64,000 nucleotides of DNA from Eledone cirrhosa. Lineage: Eukaryota. Positions 54,903-64,000 of the stretch are shown piece by piece. The translations under genes and the position numbers were made by a program. How positions within the stretch are numbered: position 1 is the first letter of the stretch; each line of letters opens with the position of its first letter. The stretch is from the NCBI GenBank assembly GCA_964016885.1, contig OZ024742.1:254138001-254202000 (forward strand), read 5' to 3'. The notes beneath the pieces were generated by a model. It was not told where the DNA came from. It saw only the letters and a list, made by a program, of their open reading frames with translations, and did not search any database.

Positions 54903-56313
54903 CCCATGCTAGCGTGGAAGATAGATGTTAAACGATGATGATGATGATATATATATATATATATATATCAGATAGGGTGTGGTAACAGGTGGACCATAAC
55001 CAACTTCTTGGGGTAATAGAGTGGGTAATATGAAAAGATTCACGACCCCCAATGTATAGTTCTGAAGGTGTGTGACTGAATGTTAAGAGAATGGATTCAC
55101 AATTGTGAGGTTGTAAGTTTGATTCCTGGACCGGGTGATGCCTTATGACCTTGAGCAAGACACTTTATTTTACGTTGCTCCTTCTACCTGGATTTGCGAC
55201 CGATAGCATTAGCAATTGGAAAGACCAAACCAACGGAAACATTGTTTCCTTTGTCCGATTTGATGGAAGTCAATTAACTGTCTATGTGTTTAGTGCTCAA
55301 TAAAAAAAAAAGAATAGTTGTTGCACTTTTATACTTGAACCGTTTTGCTTAAAACAATTTTATTTTTATGTTTAGTCTTCCATTTGTAAAGTTATTGTTG
55401 CTTATGTTTTTGTTAAAACAAGGCATGCGACTGGTTGTATCATTGTTCCTTACTTAGACTAACAAAATACAGTTCTTAACTAGGGATGTAACTCTGGTCT
55501 GACCAGGTAGTAAGGGTTATAAACGTTATGTATGTAAACCGTTCAGCTTTGATCTATATTTTTCCACTAAAAATGTTTTTTGCCTATACATTTTTACTCT
55601 GATGTTGGCTAACAACATTGGTAGAATGGGAAAACATTGAAATTTAATAAAGTTTGCCCTCTGTATTCCTCTATGTGTTGGTGGGAGGGATCTTTATTGT
55701 GCATGAATCTCTAATTTGTAGGCAGTGAACTGTCATTCTTTGTTGGAGTGTTAGTCCTGCTTAGCCAATGATACATATACTATAGTTGCACTTAGAAACC
55801 TGATCACAGAAATGTGACAGAAGATTTTTAACATTGTAACATTAGCGGAAAATTAATATGACAGATATTTCTATTTTTTTGTGGTCTTAGATAATAAAAA
55901 TGGCTCTTCCCCCTTCTGATCACTCTTGCTTTTCCCCTGTTTCTCTCTCTCTCTCTCTCTCTCTAAATACATACATATACACATGCACTTCCATATATTC
56001 ATATATAATGGTTTCTGATATAGGCACAAGGCCAGCAATCTTGGGGAGAGGAAAGTCGATTAAATCGACCCCAGTGTATTACTGGTACTTTATTTTATCG
56101 ACCCTGTAAGGATGAAAGGCAAAGTTAACCTTTGCGGGATTTGAGCTCAGATCATAAAGGGCCGTAACTCTATGCTGCCAAGCATGGCGTCCGACCCTCT
56201 ACTGATACTGCCAATCCACTGCCCATCGATACAAGTTCAACAGCATTTAGGTAAGAGTTAAAATAAATACAAATAACACAATATGGTGAATTGGAAAATG
56301 AGATCTATGAGTG

Positions 56314-56351
56314 TCTTTAATATTGCAGACGTTAGTCTTTCATCAGAAAGA
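56314..56351 (-). ncRNA. Degenerate minimal hammerhead (PLE-type)
   Basis: TCTTT-CTGATGA-A-AGAC-TAAC-GTCT-GCAA-TATT-AAAGA; the GAAA is mutated to GCAA. Confidence 0.55.
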
Positions 56352-57117
56352 GGAATATAGGGACCATACTTACTTATCTGCCTACCTACATACATACATT
56401 CATACATACAAACCTACCTACACACATACATATATATATGCAGCAGTAATTTGATACTCTCTTCAATAGGGTTTCATTTAGTCTATTAAGCAGTGACCAA
56501 AAAGTTGACCTCCAAATGACACAGCAGTGGTCTGGAGAGACTGGCCAACTTGAGGTTAAATGAGATAAGTTTTTCTCTATATCATTCTTCTCTGGTTTCT
56601 TGGAAGAGAAGGATCATTTAGAGTTGCAGAGAGAATTACAGGCTCTTAACATGAAGTCCACTGTCTCACACAAACCCTGTGGGTCTCTCTCTCTCTCTCT
56701 CTCTCTCTCTTGCCAACAAATGACCATCATTACAAAAACGGTAAATACCATATTTTAAATCACTGCACACACACATATATCACAACTTAAGCTTTGTTTT
56801 CATTACATTATCTATGATAGCTTCATAGCAGGTTATTAACTTAATAGATATATTTTAATAGCAACCATGATTTTACTTGTTCATTCCTTGGCATTTTCTC
56901 CACAGCGCTTATATATTGGACAATTTTTATCTGATGCATAATCACCTAGCCAACCAAATATCCCTACTATACATTCTACAATGCTCAAATGAACAACAAC
57001 AAGCACAAACCAACTCCTTCTATCGCTACACTACTCACCATCAACTATCAACACATTCATATTTGCTACATTTATTTTCACTACACATACATACATACAT
57101 TCATACATACATAGATA

Positions 57118-57335
57118 CATGGTGGCTGCCAACTCGTTTTCGAGTACGGCCACCACTTTATATCCATGTAGGAAAACCCCTACCGATGCGCTGAACGAGT
57201 GTGACTTTTTAGTCCAGCCAGCAACTTGAAAACTCTGGTACAAACACTACACTTGTGACAATTATTGACACATAGTGCAGGGCCCATGGTACCATGTGAC
57301 GACAAGTGCAGAGAGATCTCCAGATATAAAGCAAT
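57118..57335 (-). mobile_element. Bipartite RTE derivative 3' fragment
   Basis: Reverse complement of ~29838-30057. Confidence 0.88.
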
Positions 57336-57825
57336 CACATAGATACATACTTACATGCATTCTTACATACATTCATACATACATACATGCTGATTGCTCC
57401 TGCGTGACAGATGATTGCCTTCCCTGCATTGGATATTGCACGATCATGTGCATGCAGGTGACTTTTCAGACCCACTTTTGTTTTGTAGGCACATTCACAG
57501 ATATGACACTTGAACTGTCTCTCTTTTGGCAATACAAGTTGGGGTGTGTCTTCCTGCATTCTATCATGTTTGTCAGTCCACCAGCTGACTTGCAAATTAA
57601 GCCATACTCACTGCAAATGTAGTGTGGGGTATGTCGCAGTAGAACCTTCTCACAAGGGACCTTGATTTCTACCTGGCTCATGTGATTTGAGATGGTTGAC
57701 ATATCCAGCTATTGTTAGAAGAAATTGGCCACATACATTGAACCTAAATTCCTGCTGAATTTTTGCAGGCTCTGCAATTGAGTCCTGTTTATAGAGTGAA
57801 TTCTTTAAAATAACATGACATATCG
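57336..57825 (-). mobile_element. RTE family B-like 3' fragment with C2H2 fingers and a (TATG)n tail
   Basis: VCGQ..GYVNHLKSH, ICKSAGGL and FKCHICECAYKTKVGLKSHLHAH. Confidence 0.75.
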
Positions 57826-57828
57826 ATA

Positions 57829-60358
57829 TGTAACACAAACTTCAAAAAACCCGACAACCACCTGATCACCTATAGATCAGGGGAGCATTCTAGTCAGATA
57901 GATTTTATCCTCATCAGAGGACGTGACAGATGGATGGTCGTAAACACAAAAGCCTTCCCCAGTGAAGAATTTACCTCCCAACATAGCTTAGTTGTCAGCG
58001 ACCTCACGGTCAGAACTAGACGGACCTGGAAACAGAGGCCAACCTGGAGAAGAAAGATCTGGAAGCTGAAAGACCCCTCGGCCAGTAACAGATTTAAAGA
58101 TATTTTACTCAACGCCTACGACAGTAAAGAAGAACAGATAGAGACATTCAATGTCTTGGGAGTTCCTAAAAAATAACTTACTAGAGGCGCTGGATGAGAT
58201 CTGTGGCTGGAGTAAGACCACAAGCAGGAGGAGAGTGACTTGGTGGTGGAACAATAAGGTAGATGAGGCAGTTAAGGCCAAGAGACAGGCATGGAAAGAA
58301 TGGAAGAACGGGGGAAGCAGGGTACATTACATAGAGACCAAGAGGGAAGCTAGGCGACAAGTATACTTAGCTAGGAGGGAAGCAGGGAATAGAAAATTCA
58401 AGCATGTTTTGCAACATGAGGACCAGAAACAGGTGTTCAAGATTGCGAGGCAGTGTGTAAGAGAACATTGTGATGTCATTGGAGAGAAGTGTATCCAGAA
58501 TAATAAAGGTGACATTGCCCTCAGAAGTGCTGAGAAGAAAGATGCATGGAAGAGCCATTATGATAGATTACTAAATGAGGAGAATGCATGGGAAGAAGAG
58601 ACCCTACCCCAAGTTGACCCTATAGAGGGGCCAGCAGTACAAGTCAGCAGCAGCATAGTAAGTAAGGCAATCAAAGATATGAAGATGGGGAAGGCAACTG
58701 GTCCATCGGGTATAGCTGCCGAGATGCTGAAGGCATCTGGGTCTGTAGATCACACTATAACCACACGTATTGTAACCAGGTAATACTAGAAGGTGTCATA
58801 CCAAAAGATTGGTGCAGTAGCATCATTGTCAACTGCTACAAAGGTAAAGGTGATGCCCTAGATAGAGGAAACTATAGAGGTATAAAGCTGATGGACCAGG
58901 TCATGAAAGTAACAGAAAGAGTTATAGCACAGTTGATTAAGGACCGGGTGAAACTAGATGAGATGCAATTTGGGTTTGTACAGAGGAAGAGACACCAGTG
59001 ATGCCCTCTTCCTTGTGAGGCAGTTACAGGAAAAGTACCTAGCTAAAAGTAAGCCACTCTACCTGGCATTCGTCGATCTCGAGAAAGCCTTTGACAGAGT
59101 TCCATGTGCTATAATCTGGCGGGCTCTTAGAAAACTAGGAGTAGATGAATGGCTTGTGAAAGCTGTACAAGCCATGTATAGAGGAGCAGTCAGCAAAGAT
59201 AGCATTAGCAATGAGTATAGCGAGGAATTTAGCGTACAGGTTGGTGTCCACCAGGGCTCTGTTCTTAGCCCTCTCCTGTTCATCATAATCCTGCAGGCAA
59301 TAATGGAGGAGTTTAAGACTGGATGCACATGGGAACTCCTATATGCAGATGACCTTGCACTTATAGCTGAATCTATGGTAGAACTAGAGAAGAAATTCCA
59401 AACTTGGAAGCAGGGACTAGAAAAAAAGGGTCTCAAAGTCAACATGACAAAGACTAATGTCCTTATAAGTAGACGAGAAAACAGAACCCAGATCCCCTCA
59501 GGAAATGGCCTTGCTCATTATGTAATGGCCTTGCTCCAAATGCAAACAATGGCTACACAAGAGATGTAGCGGGATCTCAGGAAGCTTAATTAAGAATGTA
59601 GGCTTCACATGAAGCAGCTGTGCTGGGACAACAAGCAGCAAACAGCCACAGGAAACAAGTACCACAAATCTCTGGGAGGGCTCTGTAGAGACAGTAGACA
59701 GCTTCTGCTACCTAGGTGACCGAATTAGCAGCGGAGGTGGGTGTTCAGAAAGTACAATAACTAGGGTAAGAACGGGATGGAAGAAGTTCAGGGGACTACT
59801 GTCACAGCTAGTTGCAAAAGGCTTCTCCCTCAAAATGAAAGGCAGACTATGATGCGTGTATACGAACAGCAATGTTACATGGTAGTGAGACCTGGGCGCT
59901 GAAGGTGGAAGACTTACGTAGATTAGAAAGAAACGAAGCCTGCATGCTCCGATGGATGTGTAATAGTAATATATGTGAACGGCAAAGCATAAATGAATTG
60001 AGAGAGAGACTGAGCATAAGAGGAATCAAATGCTGTGTGCAGGAGAGGCAGTTGCGTTGGTATGGACATGTGATGCGTATGAAGTATGACAGCTGCATAA
60101 AAAGGTGCAGAGCACTAGAAGTCAATGGAATCCGCGGAGTGGGGAGACCCAAGAAGACCTGGGATGAGGTGATAAAAGCCGACCTTACCCAATTACACCT
60201 CTCAAAGGCGATGACACACGACCGTGACCTCTGGCGTCACGCAGTAATACAGGGTACCTGACCTCCCATGGGTACAAGCTGAAGCATATAGACAATATGC
60301 CCCCACACCCTCCCACTGCAAAGTGGTCATGGAGGTGCCACGGCAAAAAAGCACCAGA
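57829..60358 (+). mobile_element. RTE family A2 copy (endonuclease C-terminus to 3'UTR)
   Basis: NTNFKK..ITYRSG..QIDFIL, QHSLVVSDL, TWWWN, RT motifs and thumb. Confidence 0.92.
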
Positions 60359-60359
60359 A

Positions 60360-60830
60360 CATCTATGCAGAACTAATGAGGAACTGAAGATACTCCACAC
60401 CGACTATGGCTTCAGATTTATACTTGTGATCATTGGGGCACTTGGATATGTTAGTAACTGCCTCAGTACAAATCTTGAGAAACAGAAACAGAAAGAATAT
60501 GACTAATTAGGAATTTACAAGTACAATCCAATAATTGAACTGTAAAAATATGTAAAACATTCTAAACATTCTGCATGTAATTGCATATACACATGTATAG
60601 ATACAAAAGATATGCTTAAAACATAACTCAAAACACACGGATCCACACATACAATAACATGCATACCTGCACACACATGACACATGCAGGCATACATACA
60701 TACATACATATCTACCTAGTTGATATTGTCTATTTTCCAATGAAATGGTCTTATGTCTATGTTAGAAACCAGCTCTCTCTCTATTGATACAAATTTATAA
60801 AATGATGAAACCAGAAGAACATACACACAT
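60360..60830 (+). mobile_element. 3' fragment of the (CATA)n-tailed R4 family
   Basis: LKILHTDY..IIGALGYVSNCL; the UTR matches the reverse complement of 15612-15900. Confidence 0.85.
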
Positions 60831-61946
60831 ACTGTAATATTCACAGTAAAATTCAGTATTTGATAATTGAATAAAATCTTATTGTCATATTTAGGTTTAC
60901 AGTCTTTTAGATAGTTCTGAATTATTTTTTTTTATCTTGAATTTTTGGTATAACACTAAATAATATTATAAGTAACAAAAGTTCATTTATAACCACCTTT
61001 TTCTGCATTGCATCTCTTGCATCATCTTCTGTATCTATATGCTGGGTATAAGATATATTTCTTTTGCTTTTGGATTGCAGTCACCACCACAAAACTTCAA
61101 CTTGTCAAACATTTGTTGACCTAGTAAGAAGTGATGAGTAGACAGAGCTGGGAATAGAATATTCTATATTTCAGAAAACCTCAATTTGATTAGTCAGTCA
61201 ATCCCTGTAGGTATACTTCTGAAGCATAGTTTACTGCTATGTGAAGGATTCAATACTTTAAGCTTTTTTAATTTATTTTAGTAGAAAGATATGGAAACAG
61301 AAATCACCACAAGTGCCCTATATTTTGTTATCTTCCTTTTTTACTAAAATACAGAATTATAGAATACTTGTGATATCTTCTGTTTTCTTGTCTTTCTACA
61401 AAATTAAATGGAAAAAATGGATAACAAACAAAGCAGCTCCAGGAATAGACTTCATTCCATAGCAGTGATCTACTCTTCATAAGAAATTCTCTGCAGATCA
61501 ACAAGCCAATCAATATTATTATAGATATACAGCAATAACAAGTGTTTGATATATTTGTATTTGTTGTCTGTAACGACTGCAATTATGACAGACTTTTAAC
61601 AACAGCTTAGGGGCAATGGATTATGAAGGTGTATGGTCTAGTGGTTAGGGTGTTGAACTGAATATCATAGTGAAAGTATGTGGCCTAGTGGTTAGGGTGT
61701 TGAATTGATAAGCATATTTCCATGGGTTTGATTCCAGGGCCAAAGAGCACATTATGTTCTTGGGCAAGGTGATTCTTTCACACCTGTGCAGGTTTAACTG
61801 GCCTCTTTGAAGGTTACATCTCATAGGAGGTTTCTTGGGTGTTTTAAAAATAGAGATCCCAGTACTATCATGAGACCATGAAACACAATGTGGCATCTTG
61901 CTCAAAAGCACAACATGCCACTGAGTACAGAAATTGAATTCATGAC

Positions 61947-63236
61947 CCTATGGGAACTCCTGTATGCTGATGACCTCGCACTTATAGCTGAATCTATGGT
62001 AGAACTAGAGAAGAAATTCCAAACTTGGAAACAGGGACTAGAAAGAAAGGGTCTCAAAGTCAACATGACAAAGACTAAGGCCCTTGTAAGTAGACGAGAA
62101 AACAGAACCCAGATCCCCCCAGGGAAATGGCCTTGCTCAGTGTGTAGGAAAGGTGTAGGTAGGACCTCTGTTCTCTGCCCCAAATGCAAAGAATGGGTAC
62201 ACAAGAGATGTAGCGGGATCTCTGGAAGCTTAATTAAGAATGTAGGCTTCACATGCAGCAGCTGTACTGGGACAACAAGCAGCAAACAGCCACAGGAAAC
62301 AAGTACCACCAATCTCTGGGAGGGCTCTGTAGAGACAGTAGACAGTTTCTGCTACCTAGGTGACCGAATTAACAGTGGAGGTGGGTGTTCAGAAAGTACA
62401 ATAACTAGGGTAAGAACGGGATGGAAGAAGTTTAGGGAACTACTACCACTGCTAGCTGCAAAAGGCTTCTCCCTCAAAATGAAAGGCAGACTATGATGCG
62501 TGTATCCGAACAGCAATGTTACATGGTAGTGAGACCTGGGCGCTGAAGGTGGAAGACTTACATAGATTAGAGAGAAACGAAGCCTGCATGCTCCGATGGA
62601 TGTATAATAGTAATATACGCAAACGACAAAGCATAAATGAATTGAGAGAGAGACTGAGCATAAGAGGAATCAAATGCTGTGTGCAGGAGAGGCGGTTGCG
62701 TTGGTATGGACATGTGATGCGTATGAAGGATGACAGCTGCATAAAAAGGTGCAGAGCACTAGAAGTCGATGGAAGCCGCGGAGTGGGGAGACCCAAGATG
62801 ACCTGGGACGAGGTGATAAAAGCCGACCTTACGCAATTACACCTCTCAAAGGCGATGACACACGACCGTGACCTCTGGCGTCACACAGTAATACAGAGTA
62901 CCCGACCTAGCATGGATACAAGCTGAAGCATATAGACAATATGCCCCCACACCCTCCCACTGCAAGGTGGTCGTGGAGGTGCCACGGCAAAAAAAGCACC
63001 CTGCCCACACTGTAAAGTGGACGTGTAGGCGCCACGAAAAATCACCCAGCACTCACTGTAAATGAGGTTGGTGTTAGGAAGGGCATCCAGCTGTAGAAAT
63101 CAAGCCAAATCAGTTCCGGTATGAGCAAGGCATGGTCAGCCGACCAAACACTGGCCACAACAGGACAACCCATCTAACCCATGCTAGCGTGGAAGAACGG
63201 ACGTAAAACGATGATGATGATGATGATGATGATAAT
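61947..63236 (+). mobile_element. RTE family A2 copy, 5'-truncated at YADD, intact PHD finger
   Basis: WELLYADD..CSVC..CPKCKEWVHKRC..CSSC, thumb, UTR, (GAT)n tail. Confidence 0.92.
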
Positions 63237-64000
63237 GTGTTCAGCACCCTAACCACTAGACCATATGCTTTAACAATTTTGAAGTGATCTTTATTTAAAA
63301 AATTGTTGTTCTTCTGCTAATTATATTTGGATCTAGATAAAATTATTCTTTTTCAATGCAAGCAAAGGAGACAATTTAGTTGAACTTTTTCCCCCTTTTT
63401 CTGCTTTGTCAGTAGAGATGTAATGTTTTGCTAAGCCCTGTAATAAATAAATTACAATAGAGAATGTTGGAAGTAAGCATCCTGTGGTGACTGGAAATGT
63501 ACTTTATTGATAATGTATTTCTAAATAACACCTGGCCACCCATAAGAAAGTTATTCTGATTAATTCCAGTGTTTTGAACACCAAGAAACTGTTAGGTTAT
63601 CTTAAGTTTTAATAACAATAAATATTGTCTTTGCTGCAAAGTGGAAGAGATGTTAGAGTGTTGGATGAAAATAATTTGTAGTATTTGTTCCAGCTCTTTG
63701 TTACTTTGTCTTTCATCTTTATGGGATCAATCGACCTTTTGCATTCTGATTTTGCTTGTGATATCATTGGTATTAAGCTGTATTGTACTTTGCCATTCCC
63801 TTAGAAATATATATAGTGTATATATGAATTATATGTTTCACTGGTTTCAAGCTGGCCTTTCCTTTGGACAATATTGGTAGTATGGAGAGGGGCAATTTGA
63901 TGGTCATTCGTAAAACAACTTGCCTAGCTTTGTACCTTGGAGAGGAACTTTCCAGGTGCAAATCCATAATAAACCAAGATTGAAGTGGTGCATTCAGACA

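Overview
AT-rich, microsatellite-saturated eukaryotic DNA. The SINE and LINE repertoire suggests an octopus-like cephalopod, but that is inference. No intact host gene is evident; there is only one weak candidate coding exon (44876-45016). Almost all of the window is stacked retroelements: two Tx1/L1-clade LINEs, several R4/Dong-clade elements with a restriction-like endonuclease (RLE) and (TAA)n or (CATA)n tails, an RTE family with a PHD finger inside ORF2 and a (GAT)n tail (family A), and an RTE family with C-terminal C2H2 fingers and a (TATG)n tail (family B). It also holds a ~600-bp bipartite non-autonomous RTE derivative (6 copies), tRNA-derived SINEs, Penelope-like element (PLE) remnants with minimal hammerhead ribozymes (HHR), two hAT-type MITEs, a foldback element, long palindromes and minisatellites. 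The most interesting points are: a hammerhead cassette inside microsatellite-built inverted repeats, a Naiad-like PLE with TGA at a conserved Zn-finger Cys (possible selenocysteine), a twin-priming inversion in an RTE element, the bipartite RTE SINE, the PHD-in-ORF2 RTE family, a conserved 5' splice-site motif before Tx1 ORF2, and retroelement trains sorted by microsatellite type. Most element boundaries are approximate.
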